Assembly: GCA_965214935.1 (NCBI GenBank)
Contig: CBDCCS010000022.1
Location: 32,001 to 96,000 of the forward strand
DNA from: Candidatus Velthaea sp.
Lineage (GTDB): Bacteria; Vulcanimicrobiota; Vulcanimicrobiia; Vulcanimicrobiales; Vulcanimicrobiaceae
Length of the DNA stretch: 64,000 nt
Reading direction: 5' to 3'
Positions 19,601 through 29,733 of the stretch are shown here, one piece after another. The notes under the pieces are model-generated. The model was not told the DNA's origin. It saw only the letters and a list, made by a program, of their open reading frames with translations, and did not search any database. Position numbers and translations under genes: made by a program. Every line of letters begins with the position of its first letter. The stretch's first letter is position 1.

Positions 19601-19793
19601 CCGTCGCCCACTCGACGGTAACATTGACGCCGCCCTTATCTTTGACGGCCGCTTCGATTTTGGCATCTTCAACCGCACGCAACACGACGCGGTTGGTGTC
19701 GGCAAGCGTCAGCGCTGCGCGCGTGAGATCGCGGGCAAACCAATTGCCGATCTGCGCCGGAAGCCGCGAACGCCAGGTAGCAAACGGAGTCAC
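16641..19793 (-). CDS. SNF2-family helicase with N-terminal SWIM zinc finger
   Basis: CTC..CEH SWIM; LADEMGLGKT, DEAQ, LTGTPVEN, SLKAGGVGLTLT, DPWWNP, QAIDRTHRIGQ. Confidence 0.96.
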   Translation of the reverse strand: MTPFATWRSRLPAQIGNWFARDLTRAALTLADTNRVVLRAVEDAKIEAAVKDKGGVNVTVEWATGTGPQALRSLCTCGVTGICEHVVATLETVRTTSAAPLPAVAGGIPDDDEDYAWLPDTEMESGRPRARSVWPVLGCADGKTVTGALYLDTPRLRGVIRDAESILSMMESTPPDDWDDADRELIRDEAVQEAFGSRLSTKALARAMFRLTRHPRLRFDDRPGENRHPAELQAFSIDLRGVRLRAARYAERFVPKLERADGSRFSPAGALVIDGPPRWLIADRVAYLLDGSFDVRRAISAADAVPTTNGIIPHAPSTSAIARVAAFLTADDRAALGVVDAISPALAARMAWRDGALFARLSFIDKGTGGRAPFSTHGGIASIEGRFIRFAPAAAQAFAKRFIDAGFVPRGGDGFALYDAERAATLIRDSLPEWDDVEVRLDESLSALTGEGDAIDIAVSARPSATEGESNDWFELNVDVFVGGGEPLTPKELAALLASSGRYAEVRGKLFDVAKLRSQSNLLSDITDRKRNGLAALVALRDELHESFANVTLPQEVERLRDRLREFAGIEEVEPPEALKDTLRGYQRRGLDFLSYLSSFQFGGILADEMGLGKTLQVVTYLLKRKQDEGAAPSLVIAPTSVTHTWESEINRFAPELSILRLQSGAERAQRFEEIQHHDVIITSYALARLDAAQLERFTFRTLILDEAQNAKNPSSQIAKVVRNLNAHHRLALTGTPVENSLRDLWAIFAFVEPGLLGSESSFRRRFEHPIGEGDEKAAHALRSRLEPFVLRRTKEDVARELPERTEQIIECELSPLQRRLYRGIAEAARRDVLAKLDEDGAIEGASVHVLAALTRLRQVCAHPGLIVPSYIDEPEASGKFDAFLETVEEVLSGGHRVLVFSAFASMLKIMRGAMDKRSIGYGYLDGSTKDRDRQAEVERFMDPAGPPVFLCSLKAGGVGLTLTAADYVVLYDPWWNPAVERQAIDRTHRIGQTRPVTAYRMVTAGSVEEKIRALAERKSALSKAVIKADSAVAKSLTRDDLELLFADPE

Positions 19794-19871
19794 GCTACTT
19801 TGCCGCAGTCGCCGGACGGATCCACATCTCGACTACCTTCGCGCATGTAGCCGGGAAAGACTTCAGCACAC

Positions 19872-19902
19872 AAACGGCCCGCCGATTGCGGCGGGCCGTT
19901 TT
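19872..19902 (-). terminator. Intrinsic terminator downstream of clpC
   Basis: Perfect 13-bp stem AAACGGCCCGCCG / CGGCGGGCCGTTT, 4-nt loop. Confidence 0.8.
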
Positions 19903-19924
19903 GCGTAGACCGGGATTGTCGAAC

Positions 19925-22423
19925 TTACACTTGTTGGACTTCGGGTGGAGCGGCTGCCGGCGGCTCCATCATGGGAATCTTCGAGAAGATGAGTTTATCG
20001 GGATTGTCCGGGTTCACCTCAGCGAGAATCCGATCGCCCGAACCGAATCGCCCGCGCAGCATCTCTTCGGCAAGTTCGTCCTCGACTTCACGCTGGATCG
20101 CCCGACGCAACGGACGCGCACCGAACTGCGGATCCCAGCCTTTCTTGGCGAGCAGCGACTTCGCGTCTTCGGTAACTTCCAGATACATCTCTTGCGCTTT
20201 AACTTCGCGAATGACTTTGTTAAGTTCAAGCCCGACGATCTCTTCAATTTCGATCCGCGTGAGCTGATGGAAAACGACGATTTCATCGACGCGATTGATA
20301 AATTCCGGCCGGAACGTGTGCTTGACTTCCTCGAGCACTTTGTTCTTCATCTTCTCGTAATTTTTTTCGGTCGTATCACCGCTGTCTTTTTGCGGACGGA
20401 AACCGATGTCGATCGACGACGTCATGCCGGTTGCGCCAACGTTACTCGTCATGATGATAACGGCGTTTTTGAAATCGACGACGCGGCCTTGCGAGTCCGT
20501 CAAACGTCCGTCTTCGAGAACTTGCAGGAGCAAGTTGAAGACATCCGGATGCGCTTTCTCGATTTCATCGAGCAGTATGACGCAGTATGGACGGCGCCGG
20601 ACCGCTTCGGTTAATTGGCCGCCTTCTTCGTAGCCGACATACCCCGGAGGTGCGCCGACGAGCCGCGATACGGCATACTTCTCCATGTATTCCGACATAT
20701 CGATGCGAATCATCGACTCGGCGTCATCGAACAAGAATTCCGCAACGCTGCGCGCGACTTCGGTCTTCCCGACACCGGTCGGTCCGAGAAAGATAAACGA
20801 CCCGATCGGACGTTTTGGATTCTTGAGCCCGGCACGCGAACGCCGGATCGCACGGGTAACGACTTCGATCGCCTGATTTTGCCCGACTACTCGCTTATGG
20901 AGTTGATCCATCATGCCGAGCAGCTTTGCCGTCTCGGCTTGTGCTAATTTAGCAACCGGAATCTTCGTCCAAGCGCTGACGATATACGCGACGTCTTCTT
21001 CGGTGACTTTGATCGTCTTGTCGGCGTGAGCTTTTTTATCGGCCCACTCCGCTTCGAGCCGCTGCTTTTCGAGCCGCAGCTTTTCTTCGCGGTCGCGAAT
21101 CGAAGCGGCTTTCTCGAACTCTTGCGATTTGACGACCGACTCTTTTTCCGTTTTGACCTTGCGAATCTCGTTTTCGATGTCGCGTATTTCTTGCGGCGGC
21201 AGCGTTGCTTGTAAGCGAACGCGCGAAGCCGCTTCGTCGATGAGATCGACGGCCTTGTCGGGCAAGAAGCGGTCGCTGATATACCGGTCGCCGAGTTTCG
21301 CCGCGGCAACAAGCGCCTCATCGGTGATCGTTACTTTGTGGTGCGCCTCGTACCGGTCGCGTAGACCCTTGAGAATCTCGACGGTCTCTTCGACTGACGG
21401 TTCGCCGACCATGACGGGCTGGAACCGGCGTTCGAGCGCCGAGTCTTTTTCGATATGTTTGCGAAATTCGTTGAGGGTCGTCGCGCCGATGCATTGCAGT
21501 TCGCCGCGCGCGAGCGCGGGCTTGATGATGTTCGAGGCATCGATGGCACCTTCGGCGGCACCCGCACCGACGAGCGTATGGAGCTCGTCGATGAACAGGA
21601 TAATCTCGCCGGCTGCACCGCGGATTTCATCCATGACGCGCTTCATGCGCTCCTCGAACTCACCGCGATATTTGGTTCCGGCGACAAGCCCTGCGAGATC
21701 GAGCGTTATCACGCGCCGGTCGCGCAACGGCTCCGGTACTTCGCCCTTGATGACGCGCTGCGCCAAACCTTCGGCGATCGCCGTTTTGCCGACGCCCGGC
21801 TCGCCGATGAGGGCCGGATTATTTTTCGTACGTCGCGATAAGATTTGAATGACGCGTTCGATCTCGCTTGCCCGGCCGATCACCGGATCGAGCTTGTTCT
21901 CGCGCGCTAGCGTCGTCAAGTCGCGCCCGTACGCATCGAGCGTCGGGGTCTTCGATTTGCCTTTGGGCGGCGGCGGTTGGCCCTCGGCGCCCAGCAACGA
22001 GGTTGTCTGCACGCGCACTTTGGCCGGGTCGACCCCGAGGTTGGTCAGCACCCGAGCGGCAACGCCCTCGCCTTCGCGGATGAGGCCGAGCAGCAAGTGT
22101 TCTGTGCCGATGTAATTATGATTGAGCTGACGCGCTTCTTCGAAAGCAAGCTCGATGACGCGTTTGGCACGCGGCGTGAAGACCATCTCTTGCTGCACGG
22201 TTTGGCCGCCGCGACCAACGATCGCCTCGACTTCCTGCCGAACTTTGGCAAGGTTGACCCCGAGCGTCTCGAGTACTTTCGCCGCTAAACTCTCGCCCTC
22301 GGAAATGATGCCGAGCAAAATATGCTCGGTGCCGATATAATTATTGCCGAGGCGCTGCGCTTCTTCTTGCGCGAGCACGATGGAGCGGCGAGCTCGTTCG
22401 GTAAATGGTTCCCACATTGACAT
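19925..22423 (-). CDS. clpC: ATP-dependent Clp protease ATP-binding subunit ClpC
   Basis: Two Clp-N repeats, [11 protein letters not shown]-type middle domain, [11 protein letters not shown] ClpP-docking loop; start trimmed to MSMWEPF. Confidence 0.97.
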   Translation of the reverse strand: MSMWEPFTERARRSIVLAQEEAQRLGNNYIGTEHILLGIISEGESLAAKVLETLGVNLAKVRQEVEAIVGRGGQTVQQEMVFTPRAKRVIELAFEEARQLNHNYIGTEHLLLGLIREGEGVAARVLTNLGVDPAKVRVQTTSLLGAEGQPPPPKGKSKTPTLDAYGRDLTTLARENKLDPVIGRASEIERVIQILSRRTKNNPALIGEPGVGKTAIAEGLAQRVIKGEVPEPLRDRRVITLDLAGLVAGTKYRGEFEERMKRVMDEIRGAAGEIILFIDELHTLVGAGAAEGAIDASNIIKPALARGELQCIGATTLNEFRKHIEKDSALERRFQPVMVGEPSVEETVEILKGLRDRYEAHHKVTITDEALVAAAKLGDRYISDRFLPDKAVDLIDEAASRVRLQATLPPQEIRDIENEIRKVKTEKESVVKSQEFEKAASIRDREEKLRLEKQRLEAEWADKKAHADKTIKVTEEDVAYIVSAWTKIPVAKLAQAETAKLLGMMDQLHKRVVGQNQAIEVVTRAIRRSRAGLKNPKRPIGSFIFLGPTGVGKTEVARSVAEFLFDDAESMIRIDMSEYMEKYAVSRLVGAPPGYVGYEEGGQLTEAVRRRPYCVILLDEIEKAHPDVFNLLLQVLEDGRLTDSQGRVVDFKNAVIIMTSNVGATGMTSSIDIGFRPQKDSGDTTEKNYEKMKNKVLEEVKHTFRPEFINRVDEIVVFHQLTRIEIEEIVGLELNKVIREVKAQEMYLEVTEDAKSLLAKKGWDPQFGARPLRRAIQREVEDELAEEMLRGRFGSGDRILAEVNPDNPDKLIFSKIPMMEPPAAAPPEVQQV

Positions 22424-22684
22424 GACGGTAATTTGACTCCCCGAGCGACGTGTCGCTCCTGCCGCCGAAGTCCGGTGTGCGGATTCGGTTTTCCATATAA
22501 CCATCGGCGAATTCGCCTAGTTTCATTCGGACTTGCGCCAATTCGTCGGGCCTCCTGCGGCCCGCCGGGCCAACGTCACGGACGTCACCGGCGAGCAGTG
22601 GGGGCTCGCTTCCTTACGCGGTCGCGTTCCGTATCATCGAGGCCTGCCGCAGGCACGTTTGCGCCGAGGCGTAAGGAGCAGAGT

Positions 22685-22996
22685 ATGGTAACCGAAGAAC
22701 GCGTACGCGAAGCACTTACCGAAGTGCAAGATCCCGAATTGCATATGGGCATTGTCGAATTAGGTTTGGTCTATGACGTGAATGTCGAGGGACCGCAAGG
22801 CGAAGACGTCAACGTCGTAATGACGCTGACGTCGCCGATGTGTCCGGTCGGTCCGATGTTCAAGCAATCGGTGCAATCGAAAGTCGAATCGATCGACGGA
22901 GTGAAGAACGTCAAGGTCGACATTACGTTCACACCTCCGTGGGATCCGAAAACAATGGCTTCCGACGACGTTAAAGTCGCGCTGGGAATCTGGTAA
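22685..22996 (+). CDS. Metal-sulfur cluster assembly factor (DUF59/SufT-like)
   Basis: DPEL..IVELGLVY, MTLTSPMCP, PPW; AAGGAG SD upstream. Confidence 0.92.
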   Translation: MVTEERVREALTEVQDPELHMGIVELGLVYDVNVEGPQGEDVNVVMTLTSPMCPVGPMFKQSVQSKVESIDGVKNVKVDITFTPPWDPKTMASDDVKVALGIW

Positions 22997-23021
22997 GACG
23001 CTCCTTGGTTCGGGCCGGACG

Positions 23022-23897
23022 ATGCGGCGGCGTTTCCGCAGCGTCGTCGTCGCTGCGATTTGCTGCCTTGCGGCAATTCGCGCGGTTGCAATTCCGGCAG
23101 CTGTCGTAAGCGACTCCCCGGCGCCCGACGCCGTGCAGATCTACGATCGCGCGCGCGCGGCCGTAGCAGCGCGCCGCCTGCCGCCATTTATCGCGTACAC
23201 GCAATACGCGGCGTTCATGCGGCACGGCAAAGTGCAAGCCGAATCGGCGCGCGTCGTGATTCGAACCGCCGACGGCAAAGCGAATATCACGCGCCTCCCC
23301 GAGTCGCCCGCCGATCGCGTGGACACGACGCCGGCCGTCGCCCGGCCGCTCGTCTATCCGACGACATCGTTCGGTCTTGTCAAAAAGCGAGCCGGCGAAG
23401 ACGTCTCGACCTTCGAGGCGCCGCCGCTGCCGGCGGCGCCCGACGCCGGCGGTCCGGCCGTAATCGGCCGCGTAAATGCGACGGCGCGTGATTACGATCC
23501 ACGTTTGACCGGCGTTGAAATGTTAGCGGGAACTTCCGTGTATCACCTCGTCCTCGTTCCGCGTTTCGATCCGCGCCGGCATCCGATTCGCGCCATGTAC
23601 GTCGACACGCTCGACTTCAATCCGCGCCGCATCACGATCGAAGTTTGGGCTCAGGCGGGACCCGTGCGCTCGCGACCGAGCGTTGACGTCGACTTTGCGC
23701 CGGTCAACGGCACGTGGCTCATCACGCATGCATCGATGAACTTCGTTTTGCGCTTGATGTTCTTCGCCTACGGCGGCAGTGCCGAATTCCGAACCAGCGA
23801 CGTCAGCTTTCCGGCCGCTGAACCCGACTGGCTGTTCGATTCCGCGCTGTTGCGCGGGCATCGGCCGGACGGCGCGACACCGGCGCCGACGCACTGA
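23022..23897 (+). CDS. Exported hypothetical protein, putative LolA/MucB-like fold (paralog 1)
   Basis: Signal peptide; [33 protein letters not shown] shared with 36135 and 37066 ORFs. Confidence 0.7.
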   Translation: MRRRFRSVVVAAICCLAAIRAVAIPAAVVSDSPAPDAVQIYDRARAAVAARRLPPFIAYTQYAAFMRHGKVQAESARVVIRTADGKANITRLPESPADRVDTTPAVARPLVYPTTSFGLVKKRAGEDVSTFEAPPLPAAPDAGGPAVIGRVNATARDYDPRLTGVEMLAGTSVYHLVLVPRFDPRRHPIRAMYVDTLDFNPRRITIEVWAQAGPVRSRPSVDVDFAPVNGTWLITHASMNFVLRLMFFAYGGSAEFRTSDVSFPAAEPDWLFDSALLRGHRPDGATPAPTH

Positions 23898-25450
23898 TGC
23901 CTGCGCACGAACGTGCGAATGCACGGCTGAAAGCCATGCGCACCGAGGCCGCCGCCCCCGCCGGTCAAGCAGCGATCGATAAACAGCATGCGCGCGGAAA
24001 ACGTACTGCGCGCGAACGGATCGAAACGCTCGTCGATGACGGCTCGTTCATCGAACTCGACCGCTTCGCCGTCCATCGCACGACGGCGTTCGGTTTGGAC
24101 GAACGCCATTTTTTAGGCGACGGCGTGTATACCGGGCATGCGACGATCGACGGCCGCCAAGTCTTTTTGTTTTCGCAAGACTTCAGCGTGCTCGGCGGCA
24201 GTTTGGGTGAAGTCTTCGCCGAGAAAATCTGCAAGGTTATGGACCTAGCGGTGCGGACGGGCGTACCGATGATCGGCATCAACGATTCGGGCGGCGCGCG
24301 CATTCAAGAAGGCGTCGTTAGTCTGGGTGGCTACGCCGAGATCTTTTGGCGCAACGTGCAAGCTTCGGGTGTCGTTCCGCAAATTAGTCTCATCGCCGGA
24401 CCGTGCGCCGGCGGTGCGGTCTATTCACCCGCGATCACCGATTTCACGATCATGGTCGAAGGCATCTCGCAGATGTTCATCACCGGCCCCGAGATCATCA
24501 AAACCGTTACCGGCGAAGAGGTGACGTTTGAAGAACTCGGCGGCGCGACGACGCATGCAACGAAATCCGGCGTCGCTTCGCTCGTTGCGGCCGACGAAGA
24601 CGAAATGAACGATCAGACCCGGCGTCTGCTATCGTTCATTCCGCAGAACAATCTCGATGATGTGCCGCTAGTGCCGAGCGATGACGATCCGCTGCGCTCC
24701 GCACCCGAACTCGACGAAGTCATTCCCGACGCCGCGAACAAACCGTACGACATTCTCGATGCCGTCACTCCGGTGCTCGACGACGGCGACTTCTTCGAGA
24801 TCGGTGCGGCCTTTGCACCGAACATCGTCGTCGGTTTCGGCCGGATCGGCGGCCGCTCCGTCGGCATCGTCGCAAATCAGCCGAACGTTCTTGCCGGCGT
24901 TCTCGACATCAATGCGTCGGTGAAAGCGGCCCGCTTCGTGCGATTTTGCGATGCCTTCAACATTCCGCTCGTGACGTTCGTCGACGTGCCGGGCTTTTTG
25001 CCCGGTACGGCGCAAGAATTCGGCGGCATCATCAAGCACGGAGCCAAGCTGCTCTACGCGTTCGCCGAGGCGACGGTTCCGAAGATCACCATTATTACGC
25101 GCAAGGCCTACGGCGGCGCCTACGACGTCATGGCCTCAAAACACATCCGCGCCGACATCAACCTCGCCTGGCCGACGGCCGAGATCGCCGTCATGGGACC
25201 GGCGGGCGCGGTCAAAACGATATTCCGGCGCGAGATCTCCGCTGCGGCCGATCCCGGCGCGCGCGACGCGGAACTCGTCGCCGAGTACACCGAGCGCTTT
25301 GCCACGCCGTTCATCGCCGCACAACGTGGTTATATCGACGATGTCATCGAAGCATCGGCGACCCGGCGATCCGTCGCCCGTGCGCTCGCGATGCTCGCGT
25401 CCAAACGTGTCGAGCGGCCGCAGCGCAAACACGGCAATATCCCGTTATGA
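23897..25450 (+). CDS. pccB: Acyl-CoA (propionyl-CoA) carboxylase carboxyltransferase subunit
   Basis: [53 protein letters not shown]. Confidence 0.93.
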   Translation: MPAHERANARLKAMRTEAAAPAGQAAIDKQHARGKRTARERIETLVDDGSFIELDRFAVHRTTAFGLDERHFLGDGVYTGHATIDGRQVFLFSQDFSVLGGSLGEVFAEKICKVMDLAVRTGVPMIGINDSGGARIQEGVVSLGGYAEIFWRNVQASGVVPQISLIAGPCAGGAVYSPAITDFTIMVEGISQMFITGPEIIKTVTGEEVTFEELGGATTHATKSGVASLVAADEDEMNDQTRRLLSFIPQNNLDDVPLVPSDDDPLRSAPELDEVIPDAANKPYDILDAVTPVLDDGDFFEIGAAFAPNIVVGFGRIGGRSVGIVANQPNVLAGVLDINASVKAARFVRFCDAFNIPLVTFVDVPGFLPGTAQEFGGIIKHGAKLLYAFAEATVPKITIITRKAYGGAYDVMASKHIRADINLAWPTAEIAVMGPAGAVKTIFRREISAAADPGARDAELVAEYTERFATPFIAAQRGYIDDVIEASATRRSVARALAMLASKRVERPQRKHGNIPL

Positions 25451-25581
25451 GTGCCGAAGCGGCGCGTCAAGAGCCGGAGGTTAACGCCATACGCTTCACC
25501 CGACACCAGGCAGTTGACCTGGGCAACCGAAAAGCCGACGGGTATCTTCCCGAGCAGTCACTTTTGAAAGGAATTGTATGA
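25447..25581 (+). CDS. Possible 44-aa ORF between pccB and pqqA
   Basis: [12 protein letters not shown]...LLKGIV; ATGA overlaps at both ends; no recognisable motif. Confidence 0.25.
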   Translation: MSAEAARQEPEVNAIRFTRHQAVDLGNRKADGYLPEQSLLKGIV

Positions 25582-25682
25582 ACGTTGCCTTGCGCGAAGT
25601 CTGGGAAACCCCGCAAATCGAGGAAATCGGACTCGGATTTGAGATCACCGCGTACGTGAACGATAGCGAGTTCAGCCGCTAA
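25578..25682 (+). CDS. pqqA: PQQ precursor peptide PqqA (34 aa)
   Basis: [35 protein letters not shown]-x-x-P and GF-E-I-T-A-Y motif; GAAAGGAA SD; directly upstream of pqqC. Confidence 0.93.
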   Translation: MNVALREVWETPQIEEIGLGFEITAYVNDSEFSR

Positions 25683-25698
25683 TTTTCGGATAACTACT

Positions 25699-25725
25699 GC
25701 GCGGTTACGCCCGGCGTAGCTGCGC
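25699..25725 (+). terminator. Stem-loop after pqqA (attenuator/stabiliser)
   Basis: GCGCGGTTACGC / GCGTAGCTGCGC 12-bp stem with two G-U pairs on the + strand. Confidence 0.55.
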
Positions 25726-25735
25726 CTTAGCCGAT

Positions 25736-26440
25736 ATGACCACAGTGCACACCACGTCCGCGACCGATCTCATCGGCCGCCTGCAGGCCGTCGGCGCCGA
25801 GCGCTATCACGATAAGCATCCCTTTCATCGACGTCTGGTCGCCGGTTCGCTTACGCCCGACCAAGTTCGCGCCTGGGTTGCGAACCGCTACTACTATCAA
25901 AAAGCCATCCCCGTCAAAGATGCCTTTATTTTGGCCAATCTTCCGTCGCGTGAGTACCGGCGCGCTTGGATCAAACGCATTACGGATCACGATGGAACGC
26001 AGGGCGACGAAGGCGGGACCCATTCATGGTTAGCGCTTTGTCATGCCGTCGGCCTTGCCGACGACGATGTGCTCTCCGAACGCGGCGTTGCTGCGGGGAC
26101 GCGTTTCGCCGTCGATGCGTACATCGATTTCGCCCGCAGCAAGCCATGGCTCGAAGCCGTCGCCTCATCGTTGACCGAGCTGTTCGGACCGCCGGTCATG
26201 GCCGCACGGGTCGCCGCGATCGTCGAGCAGTATCCGTGGATCGACCGCTCGGGCTTACGCTATTTCGAGAACCGTATTCCGCTGGCGCGGGAAGACGCCG
26301 CACAGGCGCTAAGCTGGGTTCACGAACATGCGCTCGATGCGGTCTCGCAAGACCGTGTCGTTGCGGCGTTGCGCTTCAAATGCGACGTGCTTTGGACGAT
26401 CTTCGATGCGACCGCATTGAGCTGCGGAGTTTTCGCCTGA
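25736..26440 (+). CDS. pqqC: Pyrroloquinoline-quinone synthase PqqC
   Basis: RYHDKHPFH, WVANRYYYQ..IPVKD, RITDHDG, FAVDAY, SSLTELF, FKCDVLW. Confidence 0.96.
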   Translation: MTTVHTTSATDLIGRLQAVGAERYHDKHPFHRRLVAGSLTPDQVRAWVANRYYYQKAIPVKDAFILANLPSREYRRAWIKRITDHDGTQGDEGGTHSWLALCHAVGLADDDVLSERGVAAGTRFAVDAYIDFARSKPWLEAVASSLTELFGPPVMAARVAAIVEQYPWIDRSGLRYFENRIPLAREDAAQALSWVHEHALDAVSQDRVVAALRFKCDVLWTIFDATALSCGVFA

Positions 26441-26706
26441 ACGCGCAAGCGCGGCCGGCGTTCGAGCGCGGCATTCGCCTGCGCACCGAGGACGACGGCA
26501 GCGCGCTGCTGCTAATCCCCGAAGGCGCAATCAAACTCAACGCTACCGCCGCTGCAGCGCTGTCGCTCGTCGACGGCCGGCGAACGCTCGACGAGATCGT
26601 CGCCGCATTGTGCGCGCGTTTCAATGTTGCCGACGAGCGCGCAAGAGGCGATGTCCTGGCGCTCTTCGAGCGACTGCGCTTACGCCGCATGCTGGTCATC
26701 GCATGA
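26437..26706 (+). CDS. pqqD: PQQ peptide chaperone PqqD (probable CTG start)
   Basis: LLIPEGAIKLNATAAAALSLVDGRRTLDEIV..L; GGAG 7 nt before CTG; alternative ATG at 26380. Confidence 0.9.
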   Translation: MNAQARPAFERGIRLRTEDDGSALLLIPEGAIKLNATAAAALSLVDGRRTLDEIVAALCARFNVADERARGDVLALFERLRLRRMLVIA

Positions 26707-27794
26707 TCGCGGTGCGTCCGATGTCGCTGCTATGCGAACTTACGTACCGCTGCAATTTGCAGTGCCCGTACTGCTATAACCCGCTCGACCTCGACGCTTA
26801 CCGCGATGAGATCGATACTGCAACGTGGCAGCGGGTCATCGGCCAGGCCGCCGACTTGGGCATCGTGCAGCTCGGCTTTTCGGGCGGCGAACCGACTCTG
26901 CGGCGCGATCTGCCGGCGCTAGTGCAAACTGCGGCGCAACGCGGGCTCTACACCAACCTGATCACGCAAGGCACGTTTCTCGACGCTGCGCGAATCGATG
27001 AACTTGCCGGCGCCGGACTCGATCACATCCAAATCAGCTTGCAGGCGCCCGAACGCGAACTTGCCGATGCCATTGCCGGGACCGTCGTTCACGAGCGTAA
27101 GCTCGCCGCGATCGAGCGCGTGCAAAACAGCGGCATGGCGCTGACGCTCAATTGCGTTCTGCACCGCAACAACCACGCGACAATCGCCCAAGTCATCGAT
27201 CTGGCAGCCGCGCTCGGCGTTCGCAAACTCGAGCTTGCCAACGTGCAATTCTACGGGTGGGCCTACCGCAATCGCGCCGGGCTTATGCCGACGCGCGAAC
27301 AGGTGGAGCACGGCCTTGCCGTCGCTACTGACGCAAAGCGCCGCCTTGCCGGGCAGCTTGAAATCGTCTACGTGCTGCCGGACTATTTTGACGATCGGCC
27401 TAAAGCATGCATGCACGGTTGGGGTCGAGCGTTCATGACCGTTGCGCCGAACGGGCGTGCGATGCCGTGTCCGGGAGCCGCCGCGATCTCCAGCTTGACG
27501 TTCGATAACGTTCGCGATCGCGACTTAGCGTCGATCTGGGACGATTCCGCGGCGTTTACGACGTTCCGCGGCACGCAATGGATGCCCGATCCGTGCCGCT
27601 CGTGCGACCGCCGCGAAATCGATTGGGGCGGTTGCCGATGTCAGGCCTTTGCGCTCACGGGCAACGCAGCCGCCGTCGATCCGGCCTGCGCGCTGAGCCC
27701 CGACCATTCGGTCATCGTTGCATTGCGTGAGACCGGCGATCGTCATCCGACGCTCGTTCCGCGGCGCATGCATGAGCCCGCCGCCGTTTTGTGA
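26703..27794 (+). CDS. pqqE: Radical SAM/SPASM peptide cyclase PqqE
   Basis: ELTYRCNLQCPYCYNP, SGGEP, ELANVQFYGWA, KACMHGWG, C..C.....DWGGCRCQA. Confidence 0.96.
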   Translation: MIAVRPMSLLCELTYRCNLQCPYCYNPLDLDAYRDEIDTATWQRVIGQAADLGIVQLGFSGGEPTLRRDLPALVQTAAQRGLYTNLITQGTFLDAARIDELAGAGLDHIQISLQAPERELADAIAGTVVHERKLAAIERVQNSGMALTLNCVLHRNNHATIAQVIDLAAALGVRKLELANVQFYGWAYRNRAGLMPTREQVEHGLAVATDAKRRLAGQLEIVYVLPDYFDDRPKACMHGWGRAFMTVAPNGRAMPCPGAAAISSLTFDNVRDRDLASIWDDSAAFTTFRGTQWMPDPCRSCDRREIDWGGCRCQAFALTGNAAAVDPACALSPDHSVIVALRETGDRHPTLVPRRMHEPAAVL

Positions 27795-28681
27795 TCGTCC
27801 GCGTTCTCGGCTCGGCAGCCGGCGGCGGCGTGCCGCAATGGAATTGCGGCTGTCCGAATTGTTCGGCTGCGCGGCGCGGTGAACAACCGCGGCGCACGCA
27901 GTCGTCGCTCGCCGTATCCGCGGACGGACGCCGCTGGGTGTTACTCAATGTTTCGCCGGATATCGCAGCGCAGATCGAGGCGTTTGCGCCGCTGCAGCCG
28001 GCCGGTATCCGGGGTACGCCGATCGCGGCGATCGTCCTTACCGATGCAAATGTCGATCATATCGGCGGGCTGACGGCGCTCCGGCAAGCCGGCAATCACG
28101 CCTTCACGATCCGCTCGAGCAGCGTCGTGCGAACGATTGCGACGGCGCAACCGGCCTTCGCCGCCTTCGCCCGATCTCCGCATCGATGGTTGACCGCGGA
28201 CGAAGGCGCGCTGCCGGCCATACCGGGCGACCCGGTCGGCAACGAACTTTCGGTGCGTGCCATTCCGGTGCCGGGACTGACGCCGGGTTTTGCCGGCCGG
28301 CAAGCCATTCGCGGCGCGGTTACGGCCTACGCCATTGATTCCGGCGGCGGAACGTTGTTGTTTGCTCCGGTGTTTTCCGGCGTCGATTCTCGGCTCGCTA
28401 CCGAGATTGCAGCCGCCGACGTCAGTTTCATCGACGGCTCGTTTTTTACCGACACCGAGATGCTCGATGCCGGCGTCGGCGATAAGCGTGCGCGCGCGCT
28501 CGGCCACGCGCCGCTCGACGGAGGCGGAACGCTTGCTGCGGTCGGTACGCGCCACCGCCGCTGTCTGCTCACGCACATCAACAACACGAATCCGGTGCTC
28601 GATCCGGGCTCGCAATCCGCTCGAATAGTCGCCGCGCTTGGAATCGAAGTCGCCGCGGACGGACTGCTCTTCGAGATCTAG
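27791..28681 (+). CDS. pqqB: PqqB metallo-beta-lactamase-fold hydroxylase
   Basis: VLGSAAGGGVPQWNCGCPNC, RTQSS, LNVSPD, DH..G, HINNTNP. Confidence 0.95.
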   Translation: MIVRVLGSAAGGGVPQWNCGCPNCSAARRGEQPRRTQSSLAVSADGRRWVLLNVSPDIAAQIEAFAPLQPAGIRGTPIAAIVLTDANVDHIGGLTALRQAGNHAFTIRSSSVVRTIATAQPAFAAFARSPHRWLTADEGALPAIPGDPVGNELSVRAIPVPGLTPGFAGRQAIRGAVTAYAIDSGGGTLLFAPVFSGVDSRLATEIAAADVSFIDGSFFTDTEMLDAGVGDKRARALGHAPLDGGGTLAAVGTRHRRCLLTHINNTNPVLDPGSQSARIVAALGIEVAADGLLFEI

Positions 28682-28756
28682 CTTGCCGATGCGGGCCAAT
28701 TGCAGCGAAACGCAACGCGGGCGGATATTAAACGGCAATCCGAAAATGCAAGCGAG

Positions 28757-29539
28757 GTGAAACTGCTCGAAGGCAAAACGATTTTAGTCACCGGCGTGAC
28801 GAATCGCTGGTCGATCGCAACGGGGATTGCGACGGCATTGTACGCACACGGCGCAACGATCGTACTCACGTATCAAGGCGAGCGCGTTAAAAATTACGTC
28901 GCGAGATTTGCCGGCGAGATCGGTGATGCGGCGATTTTCGAGTGCGACGTGACGGTTGATGAAACGCTGCGCGCACTGGCGGCAGCGGTCGGCAAACTCG
29001 ACGGCTTCGTCCATTCAATTGCGTTCGTGCAAAAAGAAGATTTGAGCGGCAAGGTGTTCGAGACGTCGCGCAGCGGCTTTGCGCTCGCCCTCGACATCTC
29101 GTCATTTTCACTTATCGCGCTCGTCGCCGCGCTGCGTGAGAATCTCAACGATCGGGCGAGCATCATGGCGCTGACTTATTACGGTGCCACATCGATCGTG
29201 CCCAACTACAACATTGCCGGTATTGCGAAAGCCGCACTCGAGTCGATCGTTCGATACCTGGCGTTCGACTTGGGCGAACGCGGCATTCGCGTCAACGCCA
29301 TTTCCGCCGGACCGATCTCCACGGCCAGCTCGCGCCAAGTTGCGGGGTTTGCCACGATGCTCGCTAAGGTCGGTGCGGCGGCGCCCCTGCGGCGCAACGT
29401 GACGGCACTCGACGTCGGCAATTGTGCGGTGTATCTCGCTTCGGACCTGTCGGCGTCCGTTACCGCCGACATTCACTTTGTCGACGCCGGCTATCATGTC
29501 ATGGGGATGTACCCGACCCCGGCTGAGACGACGAACTGA
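28757..29539 (+). CDS. fabI: Enoyl-ACP reductase (NADH)
   Basis: LEGK.ILVTGV.N.WSIA, HSIAF, LTYYG, PNYN..GIAKAALES, RVNAISAGP. Confidence 0.95.
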   Translation: MKLLEGKTILVTGVTNRWSIATGIATALYAHGATIVLTYQGERVKNYVARFAGEIGDAAIFECDVTVDETLRALAAAVGKLDGFVHSIAFVQKEDLSGKVFETSRSGFALALDISSFSLIALVAALRENLNDRASIMALTYYGATSIVPNYNIAGIAKAALESIVRYLAFDLGERGIRVNAISAGPISTASSRQVAGFATMLAKVGAAAPLRRNVTALDVGNCAVYLASDLSASVTADIHFVDAGYHVMGMYPTPAETTN

Positions 29540-29733
29540 ACGCCGACGCCGTAGCCGCCGTGTTTGCCGCACTTACACGCCTCGAACGGCGAGCCGGCAC
29601 TCCGGCGGCCGCCGCGGACGACATGTCCCAATGGTTGCTGGCCGCACGCTTGCGAGCCGCCGATGGAAGCCACACGCGGCACCTCGGCCGGCGGCAGTCG
29701 GGCTGGGTCTCAAGCGGCCGTCTTGCTCGCTGA
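29536..29733 (+). CDS. Small protein resembling an acyl-CoA carboxylase accessory (epsilon-like) subunit
   Basis: (L)NADAVAAVFAALTRLERRAGTPAAAADDMSQWLLAARL...SGWVSSGRLAR; fills the fabI-carboxylase gap; start CTG 29536 or GTG 29560. Confidence 0.55.
   Translation: MNADAVAAVFAALTRLERRAGTPAAAADDMSQWLLAARLRAADGSHTRHLGRRQSGWVSSGRLAR

Noticed and set aside
8953..19793. WYL and SNF2 genes as an anti-phage defence island
   Set aside because: Both are stand-alone housekeeping-type architectures; no nuclease, methylase or other defence partner adjacent
22424..22684. N-terminal extensions of clpC and the DUF59 gene in the ORF track
   Set aside because: Recognisable sequence and SD sites place starts at 22423 and 22685; this is the divergent promoter region
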